Source: Mayamaea pseudoterrestris
Lineage: Eukaryota
Reading direction: 5' to 3'
Assembly: GCA_027923505.1 (NCBI GenBank)
Contig: BROI01000022.1
Location: 434,001-498,000 of the forward strand
DNA length: 64,000 nt
The notes below the pieces were generated by a model. That model was not told the DNA's origin and did no database searches. It saw nothing but the letters and a program-made list of their open reading frames with translations. This document shows, one piece after another, positions 8,958-20,308 of the stretch (position 1 is its first letter; the number at the start of each line of letters is the position of its first letter). Made by a program: the position numbers and the translations under genes.

Positions 8958-10631
8958 ATGGAAGACAGCGTACTAAAAGCAGCCAAGAAAGCACTCAAGA
9001 AGGATGGAGAAATGAAGCTTAGCCAATTGACCAAGACCATTCTTGCCAAGCTTGACGACGAGTCGGTGTCAAAGAGCCAAGTCAAGGATTGGCTTACAAA
9101 ATCGAGCAAATTTACGTTGCAGGACAAGATGGTCAGCTTGACGGAAAAGAAACGATCTGCTGCATCTACAGAAGAGTCTAGTAGCAAGAAACAAAAGCCA
9201 AGCGCGACTAGTGCACCGGCTGTCAATGTGGATCCATCGGACGTTCCGTCGTGGCGCAAGGAGCACCGCATTGTCATTATGCACGCCACGGACGACTCGG
9301 CCAAGAGCAAGGAATTGAATGCCGAATCAGCCTTTTTTCCATTCGCAACCTTTGACGCAGCCCAAGCCAGCATGTCACTAGCACTCATGAATCAATGCCT
9401 AAAGGGAAACAGCTTTACGCACCCCACTCCGATTCAGGCGCAAGCCTGGCCCATTTTGGCGGCTTCGCGCGACATGGTCGGCATTGCCGAGACTGGGTCC
9501 GGCAAGACGCTTGGCTTTGCGCTTCCCATCTTGTCGCGCATGGCGGCGGAAAGCAAGTCTACAAAGTCACCGCGGATGCTCGTCCTGGCGCCGACGCGCG
9601 AACTGGCCATGCAGTCGCACGTTGTGTTGGAGGAGTTTGGTGCGGTTGTTGGTTTGAAGAGTGTGGTGGTGTATGGAGGCGTTCCAAAGCATACTCAAGT
9701 TGCTACCTTGAAGAAGGGTGACACAGCTTGCGTTGTGGCCACGCCTGGTCGGTTGAAGGATTTGATCGAAATGGGAGCTTGCAAACTGTCACAGGTCGAT
9801 TACTTGGTCCTTGATGAAGCGGACCGTCTCTTGGACGCAGGCTTTGAACAAGACGTTCGCAGCATTATCAGTGAATGCCCGACGAAGAATCGTTTGACTG
9901 CTTTATTTTCAGCCACTTGGCCTGCCGCGGTTCGAAATATTGCCATGGAGTTCATGTCCGATCCTGTGCGAGTCTATGTCGGCTTTGAAAATTTAGTGAC
10001 GGATGACAGTGACGGCATGACTCCTGATGATAGTCTAAGTGCGAACAAGCGTGTCCAGCAAACTGTGGAAGTCATTGAAGACCGTCAACGAGACGCGCGG
10101 CTGCGACAAATATTGAACAAGTTGCACGACGGAAAGAACCGAGTTCTCGTCTTTGCATTATACAAGAAGGAAGCGGAACGCATCGAATTCTCCTTGCGTC
10201 GCGATGGATACAATGTATGCTCCATTCATGGAAACAAACTACAAAATGCTCGCACTGAAGCACTTCAGAGTTTCAAGGATGGCTCGTGTCCACTCATGGT
10301 GGCGACTGATGTTGCCGCGCGAGGGTTGGACATTCCCAATGTTGAAGCTGTCATTAATTATACATTTCCGTTGACCATAGAAGATTACGTACATCGCATC
10401 GGAAGAACGGGTCGCGCCGGCAAGAGCGGCATGAGCTACACTTTCTTCCAGCCCGGTGACAAGTCGCATGCAGGCGAACTCCAGCAAGTGATTCGACAGG
10501 CCGGCCAGGATGTACCGGAGGATTTGATGAAGTTTGGAAGCACTATCAAGAAGAAGGAGCACAAGCTGTACGGCGCTTTTGGCCCAACGAGTGGCGTTGT
10601 CAAGAAGGCAACTAGGATAGTGTTTGATTAA
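8958..10631 (+). CDS. DBP3: DEAD-box RNA helicase DBP3/RH5-like (ribosome biogenesis)
   Basis: Q motif PTPIQ, AETGSGKT, PTRELA, DEAD, SAT, ARGLD, HRIGRTGRAG; C-terminal KKKEHKLYGAF typical of Dbp3. Confidence 0.9.
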   Translation: MEDSVLKAAKKALKKDGEMKLSQLTKTILAKLDDESVSKSQVKDWLTKSSKFTLQDKMVSLTEKKRSAASTEESSSKKQKPSATSAPAVNVDPSDVPSWRKEHRIVIMHATDDSAKSKELNAESAFFPFATFDAAQASMSLALMNQCLKGNSFTHPTPIQAQAWPILAASRDMVGIAETGSGKTLGFALPILSRMAAESKSTKSPRMLVLAPTRELAMQSHVVLEEFGAVVGLKSVVVYGGVPKHTQVATLKKGDTACVVATPGRLKDLIEMGACKLSQVDYLVLDEADRLLDAGFEQDVRSIISECPTKNRLTALFSATWPAAVRNIAMEFMSDPVRVYVGFENLVTDDSDGMTPDDSLSANKRVQQTVEVIEDRQRDARLRQILNKLHDGKNRVLVFALYKKEAERIEFSLRRDGYNVCSIHGNKLQNARTEALQSFKDGSCPLMVATDVAARGLDIPNVEAVINYTFPLTIEDYVHRIGRTGRAGKSGMSYTFFQPGDKSHAGELQQVIRQAGQDVPEDLMKFGSTIKKKEHKLYGAFGPTSGVVKKATRIVFD

Positions 10632-10731
10632 TGGCTGAAACAGAATAAAAATCTCAAAACACATTCTAATTTGTGTTGCATAAATCTGCTCTCTAGTTGA
10701 TACGCAATATCCGCCTAACGCCTACCGTACT

Positions 10732-11761
10732 TTATTCTGAATTTTGCGACTGCATCTTGTCCAACACCCCTTCAATCTTTACCATACCCTTTTCCTGCCA
10801 ATCCAGCGTCTTCCACATTCGCTCCAGCTCCTCCTCGGAACCCATGACGGCAATTTCATTCTCCGTTTCGTCGGGATTCACTGACAACTTGACGGTGCAG
10901 TCATCGACTCGATCACCCGAGCTCCAGTAGTACAAGCCTGCATATGGACTCAGGAGTGCCAATAGAAACCAGTTTGGTTCCATGCCGAATATTTGGACTT
11001 CGTGAAACTGAATCGACAGGACGAGCGCCAAGCTGAGCAATCCGAGCGCCGTGCAAAAGGTGAGGAAAAAGGCTTGCGACAGACTGCGGGCGACAACGCC
11101 CCGAAAAGTTATAGTTTCGCCCGCGTCAATGACTTCGTAATTGTTGGCCTTCATGTCTGTGAAAATTGATTTGCAATTTATTGTAAGTAGGTACGCGTGA
11201 AGAATGAGAAACATTCATTCATGAGACGATCAAACAAGTCACAAGCAAAAGAGTCAGACGTGACAGTCAACGGCCCACCTGACTTTTTCTCCAAAATCTT
11301 TGTCACAAATACATCATTTTAAACGTACATGCCATGATTTCACCAGCTTGCTGCCTCAGCGACATTGCTTTTGTGTCTTTGGATGCTTCGCCGGGAGTGA
11401 CAAAGGTTTTGCGCTTGATTTTGGCCTTGGTGGACCGCGACACGGTGGACCAAAGGCCCGGAAACGAAATGAGATACAGTCCCAGTACCGTATAGTAGCT
11501 GGCCTTGCTGTAGGATATTCCGCCCGCTTCCGGGGGTTGTTGTGATAACTCGTTGGCAGCATCGCTCACGAGCAGTGACGTTGAATGCATCAAATCGGAA
11601 ACGTGCGAAACAAACGTTGTAGCAAGCATTGGATCTGCTGCCATGCGAAGCTGCTGCGTCTTTCTTCTTGGTACTGAAACCGTTGGCGTATGCAAATGGA
11701 ATGCTTCCGTCGAGCCGACTAGCAGCAACGACGTTGCTAACAGAGCAAGTTTTCGAATCAT
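10732..11761 (-). CDS. CCB1: Cofactor assembly of complex C subunit B, CCB1 (cytochrome b6 haem ci assembly); exons 11761-11329 and 11156-10732
   Basis: SYYTVLGLYLISFPGLWSTVSRSTKAKIKRKTF, spliced AYMKANNY, TM helices, YYWS, C-terminal EELERMWKTL...EKGMVKIEG; signal peptide with TEA-F plastid motif. Confidence 0.85.
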
Positions 11762-12127
11762 GGTTATGTTGATGTCTGTGTCAACGTGCGTAGTAGTAGT
11801 AGTACTAGTGTCTGGGAGCAAGCTTGCTAATGGAAGTAAGTGGCCTGTCAATTAAAGAATTCTCTCTGGCAAAAGTCTTTGGATCCCTGAATGAGATGTG
11901 CGACCTGTGATGGCGATGCTGTGTGATCGATCATCATGAAACGTCGTCAGCCGCGAAGGAACTGGCTGCGGTTGCGCGGACTTTTAGTACCGGATAACGT
12001 CGTACCGGGACAGGACTTTTGACCGATTATGCGCAGCCATCACAATGTTGTGATGTGAAGATGGAAGACATCTTCTGTCTATCACAGCATTGATCAATTT
12101 ACTTACAGGCCGTCTGTAATCAACAGT

Positions 12128-12904
12128 ATGAGGCCTTCATGGATCGTCAAGGTTCCAAAGTTATTAGCGACCTTGTTCATTGTCATTTTGCTAGAGTCAT
12201 TCATTGTTGCATATCCAATTGGCGCCGGTGGCTGCGGAGGAAGTGGAAGCGTCGGCGGGATCCACTTGACGGCCGACTCGATTACGACTGGTCAATTGGA
12301 AGACTATGGAATCAAGGTCATCATTGCTCCGGAGGATGATTCGCTTCTGGATGAAGATCCCGAGGTGCAGCTTTCAAACGGATACGTGAAAAACATATTG
12401 GTTGGCCGGCCGTACTACATTCAAATGACGGCTGCCTCGGCAAACAAGGCGTTTCGCGGCTTTTTGTTTCGCATTACAAGCTCATTGGTGGATACGGATG
12501 GATCGTTCACCGTTCCAAACAGTCTTTCCGCCACTGACCAGGCGCAGGAGCAAATTGCGCAAGTGTGCAGCGACATTGGCATTGGCGGCCTCACACACAC
12601 CAACAATACGCTCAAGGAAACGGCAGCCGCTACGTTGCTACTGGATGATGAGGGTCGCGATATATACATGGAGATTACGGCCGTCATTATGAATCGACAG
12701 GAGAATGGAGTCACAATGAGTGAGTACTACTGGAACTCGTACACCATCAACGTTGTGACAAACTCGTCGGAACTGGTAGCAGCGACGAATCCGCCAGTAG
12801 CAACGGACGATGCTGCTGCTAGTGGAGGAGAGTTGGCTGTGGTGACTTCATGGGTGGCGCTAGTGCCGCCACTCTTGGCTTTGATTGCCTTTTTGATGAG
12901 GTAG
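12128..12904 (+). CDS. Secreted/surface Reeler-like domain protein, possibly GPI-anchored
   Basis: Signal peptide, YPIGAGGC...H, FRGFLFR, C...GLTHTN..K pattern, hydrophobic C-terminal tail. Confidence 0.65.
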   Translation: MRPSWIVKVPKLLATLFIVILLESFIVAYPIGAGGCGGSGSVGGIHLTADSITTGQLEDYGIKVIIAPEDDSLLDEDPEVQLSNGYVKNILVGRPYYIQMTAASANKAFRGFLFRITSSLVDTDGSFTVPNSLSATDQAQEQIAQVCSDIGIGGLTHTNNTLKETAAATLLLDDEGRDIYMEITAVIMNRQENGVTMSEYYWNSYTINVVTNSSELVAATNPPVATDDAAASGGELAVVTSWVALVPPLLALIAFLMR

Positions 12905-12990
12905 CTGTTATTCATGTGATGAACCATTGGCGAAGTAATGACGACGCCATAATCGTAGCAAAAGATTCATATAGCATTTTTATTATTCGT

Positions 12991-14146
<1,156 letters not shown>

Positions 14147-14893
14147 TTTATTTTAAAAAAGAATGTGAGACTGTCGTCGCAAATTCAGATTGACAAGTTC
14201 ATGGTGGAGGAAGAAGGGTGGCGATGAGGTCGTCATTCAAGAGTTGAAAACGTCATCATGTCGCACAAACATCAAGTCTCACGATTGACGAAACGTCCCA
14301 CGATTGGCTGCAACGCCTCCCGCCTGCTCGATGTCTCTTGTAAAAAATGCCGAAACAAATAATTGTCTTTCTGCTTACAGTAGTTTCTAGCGACTGTCTT
14401 CTGTCACCTTGATGGCCATACATGGACTGCGACACGTATGTATCTCCAGTTGCGTTTGGTCAAAGTGTCAAGCTAAAGCTGTTTTGGATATCGACGGGGC
14501 CATTTCGCTAAAACAACATCGGTCACAAACTGATACACGAGTCAAAATGTAAACATCGCAATGTCTGCCAGCGCAGGTTCTCCGGAACTACTTGAAGCGC
14601 CACGCACAAGAGGCTTAGTACCTTGCATCACTCACTGAATGGTGAATCATGCAAAAGAAACGGACACGTCGATGTAACCAGCTGCGCCCATTTACTCTCA
14701 TATTGCCTTCTATATAGCCGCAATCCGACCGAGTCAGATAACTCCCTTTTGTTCTGCTTCAACAGAACCATACGGTGCAGTTGGCTTCTGTAAACGCAAA
14801 AATCAAGATTAGAATCTCCTGTCGCCAACCCCATTTTGATGCTTGCGGGGAGAGAGAGTCAAAATCAACGTGATCATTGCCTTTGTATTGAAC

Positions 14894-15493
14894 ATGAGAC
14901 GCCCAAGCAGCGAAAGTAGCTTATCTGCGCCAGCTCCCATCATAAAGACTCGGATTCCAATCGAGCTCAAAACCGTCTTTTTGGCTGCTCAACGCGGCGA
15001 GCAAGTGACAGAAGCCCCACCATGCGCAAGCAAAATCTTTGATAAATGGCAAGGTGCAAAGACAACCAAGAGTGTATCATCCGACGCGGATTCTGCTGAT
15101 GCAGCAATGACGACGAATTGTAACAAGAAGAATCGACAACTCGTCTTTGGGGACAAGGAACAAGCTACTTCATGCACAAAATCAACTCTATCACCTGCGA
15201 AACCCAAGCAATGCCGATGGTCGTCAGAGGTCAACAAGGCGATATCGTCAGTAGATCCTCCGCGCCATGTATCTCCGTTGTCAGTGCGACGGACGTATGC
15301 ACAACATTCGTCGCTACAAGATGTTCCTTTTAAGCCACTTCGGCGAGCAACCTCTCCAGGACGTTGGGACCTTGTTGGACAAAACCAAGCAAGTGACCGA
15401 CCTAAACTTCCTGGACGCAAGCGCAGCTCTCAGAACGTTATGGATGTACTCGAGGTTCACCCGGCGCAGCAGCAGCGAAGCCTAATCGCCTAG
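14894..15493 (+). CDS. Hypothetical disordered Ser/Pro/Arg-rich protein
   Basis: ~200-codon ORF with recurring PxRRxS-like motifs (KPLRRATS, KLPGRKRSS); no recognised domain. Confidence 0.55.
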   Translation: MRRPSSESSLSAPAPIIKTRIPIELKTVFLAAQRGEQVTEAPPCASKIFDKWQGAKTTKSVSSDADSADAAMTTNCNKKNRQLVFGDKEQATSCTKSTLSPAKPKQCRWSSEVNKAISSVDPPRHVSPLSVRRTYAQHSSLQDVPFKPLRRATSPGRWDLVGQNQASDRPKLPGRKRSSQNVMDVLEVHPAQQQRSLIA

Positions 15494-16512
15494 CCCAGCA
15501 TGGAAGCATGGCGCTGTATCTGTTAATGAAAGGATGTAGTGGACGGCCACACCATCTTTATAGATAGTTTCTTCATGTTTGTACGTTTCTCTTTCTTTGG
15601 TGCTCTTCCGAGGTTTCTAGGCTGGAAGGATGATATAAGCACCGTCTCCTACTATGCATTTTTCTCCTATGCACTAACCATCAATATATCAAATTTCAAT
15701 TATCGTGACGTCTGCCTACTAGGAGTAGCAACTACGTTTCAGCATGTCTTAGGTATAGTATACAGACTACATGCTACCGGTATCTGTAAGTCTGGTGTCA
15801 GATCAGACGACAGGACAGTGCTCTGCACAAGTGCTGCATCATTTCTCAATCATAGCGAAATTCTTGCTCACAAAAAACCTGCAGCTTAGCGGGACTTTTA
15901 GTAAAGATGTCTGGATCGACTTCACGTACCACAAGAGCCGTACCGTTGCATCAATGTCAAGTCTGATAGCTAACCCCTCTCGGCCGGGCGATCTTCTCCA
16001 CTTCAAGCTTACACACTGGTCAGATGCCAACCATCATCTAATGACTCAAGACTGAGCTACAGTGTAAACAACTTGGAACGCGAACATCGGGAGAAGGGAA
16101 CGTGAATTCGATGACGACGTTCCACGACCAAACCATGGCTCGAAAGGAAGGCCATTGGCGGCTTCACCTCGGGCGTTTCTGTTCGATGTGAGGTGTATGA
16201 CCATCCCCAGGGCCTGTAATTGCGGAGTTGCGAAATGAGAAACTGGTGAGAGTATACCGGTACGCTGATGATGCACCGTCGATCATCAGCCCAGCGGGAA
16301 AAAGAGAGCTGCAATTGTCATCGAAATCGACTGCCGGCTACAGTAAGCGAGTCAGAATCTATGAGTACGGTTGGTTGATTAACATTTAGCGGCTTTTGTA
16401 TCCTTATCGTGTATTATAGCTTATTTAGTCTTAGTTTAGCGTCGTCGTATGTTGTCATAAAGTGGGTTAGCAAGTTCAAAATTGTTGGTCAATGCAGCAG
16501 GCAGCATCCGCT

Positions 16513-17202
16513 TCATGCTGCAGGTGCGTGACTTCGATTGCCATGAAACAAGGCAACATTCAGATGAATGTCAACCAAATCGCGGTTGACCAGTTCGTCA
16601 TTCTCCGTCACATGTTCCTCTGGTAGCTGCAGTCCTTCCTGGAGCCAGGCGAGACATCGCTGAGCTTCCTCGTCGCAAAAGAGGTTGGAAAAGATGTGCG
16701 CCTTGTTGTTGTAAATGGCCAGATACAAGAGGCGATCTGCTCCGCACAGATTCTGGTTCAGACTGATGATTGCAGCCGCAGCCTTGTAAAACTGCATGGC
16801 CTTTTCCAGCTTGTGGTGATCGTCAAGTCCACTGAGCGCTTGAATGTGTGAGCAAAGTCCCAAGTTGTAGAGTAAGATGCCGGACACTGTCGCTTCGTTT
16901 CGGGATGAAAAGATTGTCTCATTGTCAGTTCCATTCACAACCAGTGCTCGATTGTACATGGAGAAGACGGAGGAACTGTTACCCTCATCCACCTCGATGA
17001 AGCATGATCGGACCGTGTAGTCTTCCGACTCGTCACTGCTGCTGCTCTCGTCGGAAACCACTTTTGGATCAAGCATGCGCTCCTTGACTCGTCGCAGTGC
17101 TCGACCGAGAAGCATCGACGCGTCCTGGTATTGTCCTTGACACATCTTGGCGACTGCTTTGGAGTTGAGAGCGATGATTCCTTGGTTTTGCGGGGCCGGC
17201 AT
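16513..17202 (-). CDS. Hypothetical TPR-like helical protein
   Basis: LNSKAV...GQYQDA...L..AL, ILLYNLGL..H, LEKAMQFY..A, LAIYNNKA helical repeat patterns; start MPAPQ at 17202. Confidence 0.7.
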   Translation of the reverse strand: MPAPQNQGIIALNSKAVAKMCQGQYQDASMLLGRALRRVKERMLDPKVVSDESSSSDESEDYTVRSCFIEVDEGNSSSVFSMYNRALVVNGTDNETIFSSRNEATVSGILLYNLGLCSHIQALSGLDDHHKLEKAMQFYKAAAAIISLNQNLCGADRLLYLAIYNNKAHIFSNLFCDEEAQRCLAWLQEGLQLPEEHVTENDELVNRDLVDIHLNVALFHGNRSHAPAA

Positions 17203-18145
17203 GGTTGGTGACAAGTGTGCGAAACAAAAGTGAAGCAACCGCGCGCACGATCACTCGGATGGTATATTATGTGGCTGGGCACCAAGAAATGGCAGAAAGG
17301 AATATCAAGAACATCAATTGCCCTTCGTTGACGTTCCCCTTTCCATGGAATATGTCAATCTGTACTCGCAGGCGTCTGGAAGTAATTCAATTGTTATTCT
17401 CAGACAGTGCATTCACTCTGCGGAGATACCATAAGGAGTAAGTAATTGAAGTTGATGATGAGTGAACTCTCCGTCGTCAACCCAACCTTCGACGGGCCAT
17501 TGTTGTAGGCCATTCAATCGGCCAAACTCCGCGTCGCCTTCGGTGCAACGTGTAATCCGAGAGGCCATCCAAAATATCAAGTGAGGCAGCTTCAACTGCA
17601 AAGAATGTATCGACGGCAATGGTGCGGCGTCAACCGATATTCTCTGCGATTGAAGCTCTGGCCTTGGATATGGGACAAGTACGATTGGAGTATAGCCTGT
17701 CATTTAGGCAGCCAAGACTCTATTGACATACTCGGACTTAATACCTTGCCCCAACCATGGCCCTTTCGATGAGTCCTTAATTGAATGAACTTGTCAATTC
17801 TGGCGCAGATCTGCAAGCAGAGTGCAACAAGAGTCTCCCAATCATAGAGTCCCCCGCTTTTACGTCACATTAGTCACACCATGGTCTGGCTCTCAGGCTG
17901 TCGAGCTGATAACTGGTATTTAATTACTGCACAGTAGTTTAGTAATGGCCAGCATTCCCGTAGTACTTGTACGAGTACCGTTCGTTTTAGACCTGACTGT
18001 GAGTGTAGACAAGGATAGCAACGTGTCGTAGCGAGACCCACCAGTCGCGCTACGACGTTTAGTTTTAGTCAGCGACCTCATCTTTTCGCTTTTCGCCTCT
18101 GCTTCACATTCTTTGCTTCATGGAGCGCAGGCTATTTTCTGAAGT

Positions 18146-19987
18146 ATGCTTGCAGCACGTGCATCGACACTGCGTTCTGCTGGCAGATTTGTATCTGTGG
18201 TAGGAATTGGAAGCTATGGCGTCATGCAAGGAAGTCATCACATGTCCTCGCCGCCAAAGACGCTCGCCGAGGGAACAACACGACAGCAACACATTAGCGA
18301 CTTGGGTAGACATCCAACATGTCTTGTCGTACATACTATTGATATAATTTTTCCTACGCTAGAAGCAACAGTAAGAGTAATTCGCTTGCTTAAAACTGCT
18401 GCACTCATTGCCGTCGACTACAAGACAGCGGATTGGTTCTCGACGACCCTAGATGACGACGCCTCATACTGGGAGAAGGAAGTAACGCGACGACTGCAAG
18501 TGTTGGATGAAGCACAAAACATATATACAAAAGATTCACACTCAGAGCTTGACAAACATTTGCGTCTTGAGGCAAAAGCGCACGAAAAGAAAGCCATGCA
18601 GGACGCCGCCAAGGACCTGACATTTGCGCAAGAACAACTCTCCTTGCACCCATCCAACTCGAGCCGCATCCATCGAAAAGCAGCAAATCGTTTACTGAAA
18701 CTCTGTCATGAGAATAAAGGCGTCTACATCAAGGTGGGTCAGCATCTGGCTCAACTGGATTATCTCGTTCCAGATGAATACACGCAGGTGCTCAGCGCAC
18801 TCTTTGACAACAATCCTCGCACCAGCTACGATCAGGTACGGTTGGTCGTTCGTCAAGATTTGAATCAAGACATTGACGAGCTTTGGGACAATTTCGACCC
18901 GGAGCCAATCGCATCCGCATCACTCGCACAGGTGCACGTTGCCTACGACAAGGCAACGGGCAAGAAGCTTGCCGTCAAGATTCAGCATTACGGTTTGCGC
19001 GAAACCAGTGCCGGCGATTTGTTCGCCCTCGTCAACGTGGTGCGACAGGCGGAGCGTCTCTTTGACGGTTTCACGTGGGGATGGTTGGCCGATGAGATTG
19101 CTCCCCATTTACCAAAGGAACTTGACTTTATCAACGAAGGACGCAACGCTGAACGAGCTGCAGGAAACCTGAAACAAACTGGTAATTTGGCATGCGTCGT
19201 TCCCAAAATACTCTGGGAGCAGTCGTCGTCCCGCGTCTTGACTATGGAATTTGAGGAGGGTTTCAACGTGACGGACGTGGACGCGATACGCAAGGCGGGT
19301 CTGCGAGAGCGCGATGTCGCCAGACTGGTTTCCGCCGTCTTTGGTTCGCAAGTCTTTCTGTCGGGGGCGGTGCATTGTGATCCTCACCCCGCCAACGTTT
19401 TGCTCCGCGCCAACAAGGGCAAGCCGGAGATTGTCTTGCTGGACCATGGGTTGTATCGAGAACTTGATCCAGACTTTCGCTTGCGATATGCAAACCTTTG
19501 GCAGTCCTTGATGCTGGCAGACTTGGATGGTATTAAGGCTGCCTGCCGCAGCTTGAATGTCGAAAGCTCGTATCCGCTCTTTGCGGCCATGTTGACAGCT
19601 CGTCCGTTTGACGAAATGATTGAGCGCTCCAAGAGAAAAAGCTTGCGGCAGGCAGCGCAGGCTGGTGACCGCGCGGATCAAGCCGTCATTCGCAACTATG
19701 CGCAACGCTACATGGCGGACATTTTCGAACTACTTGGTACACTACCAAGGCAAATGCTGCTGCTGCTAAAGATGAACGACTGCCTTCGCCACATTGATTA
19801 CAAACTAGGCAGTCCAACCAACACACTCGTCGTGAGCGGCGCATATGCAGCTCGGGCTGTATATGAAAGCAAAATATATAATACGAACGTTTCATGGGCC
19901 GACAAGTGGATGGCATGGTGGGACTATGTTCGTGTGCTATTTCGAGTAAGGTTACATGACACTACCGCTTGGTTGCTGCAGATATGA
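18146..19987 (+). CDS. ABC1/UbiB atypical kinase, ADCK1-like
   Basis: GVYIKVGQ, PIASASLAQVH, AVKIQ, ELDFINEGRNA, MEF, HCDPHPAN, LDHGLY. Confidence 0.9.
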   Translation: MLAARASTLRSAGRFVSVVGIGSYGVMQGSHHMSSPPKTLAEGTTRQQHISDLGRHPTCLVVHTIDIIFPTLEATVRVIRLLKTAALIAVDYKTADWFSTTLDDDASYWEKEVTRRLQVLDEAQNIYTKDSHSELDKHLRLEAKAHEKKAMQDAAKDLTFAQEQLSLHPSNSSRIHRKAANRLLKLCHENKGVYIKVGQHLAQLDYLVPDEYTQVLSALFDNNPRTSYDQVRLVVRQDLNQDIDELWDNFDPEPIASASLAQVHVAYDKATGKKLAVKIQHYGLRETSAGDLFALVNVVRQAERLFDGFTWGWLADEIAPHLPKELDFINEGRNAERAAGNLKQTGNLACVVPKILWEQSSSRVLTMEFEEGFNVTDVDAIRKAGLRERDVARLVSAVFGSQVFLSGAVHCDPHPANVLLRANKGKPEIVLLDHGLYRELDPDFRLRYANLWQSLMLADLDGIKAACRSLNVESSYPLFAAMLTARPFDEMIERSKRKSLRQAAQAGDRADQAVIRNYAQRYMADIFELLGTLPRQMLLLLKMNDCLRHIDYKLGSPTNTLVVSGAYAARAVYESKIYNTNVSWADKWMAWWDYVRVLFRVRLHDTTAWLLQI

Positions 19988-20308
19988 CACGAAAGAGCCT
20001 GAGTGTTAGAGCTGGATTGGCTCCGTTGGCCATGGGCGGCAACCTTCACCTATGTATAGGCTGCTTACAGGCTCACCTGACAAAGTTAACAGAGGCTTAA
20101 GCATTGCATTTAGCACATACACTGTATTTAGCATTGAAGTCAGTGGAAACAGTCGACGCAGCTCTCCCTAGGCAATAGGCACATAGCTCTTTTTTAACGC
20201 TGCGACATCATCAGTCGCACGAACAACGCAACGACGCCGATCACACTCGAAGCATGATGTGACGAGCAACCGAACAGAACACGCTTGTTCCTTGACAACA
20301 AAACCGTC

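Noticed and set aside
19990..20090. TPP riboswitch or SECIS in the ADCK1 3' UTR (GAGCCTG/CAGGCTC stem)
   Set aside because: Lacks the CTGAGA core and SECIS quartet geometry; the gene has no thiamine link or in-frame TGA.
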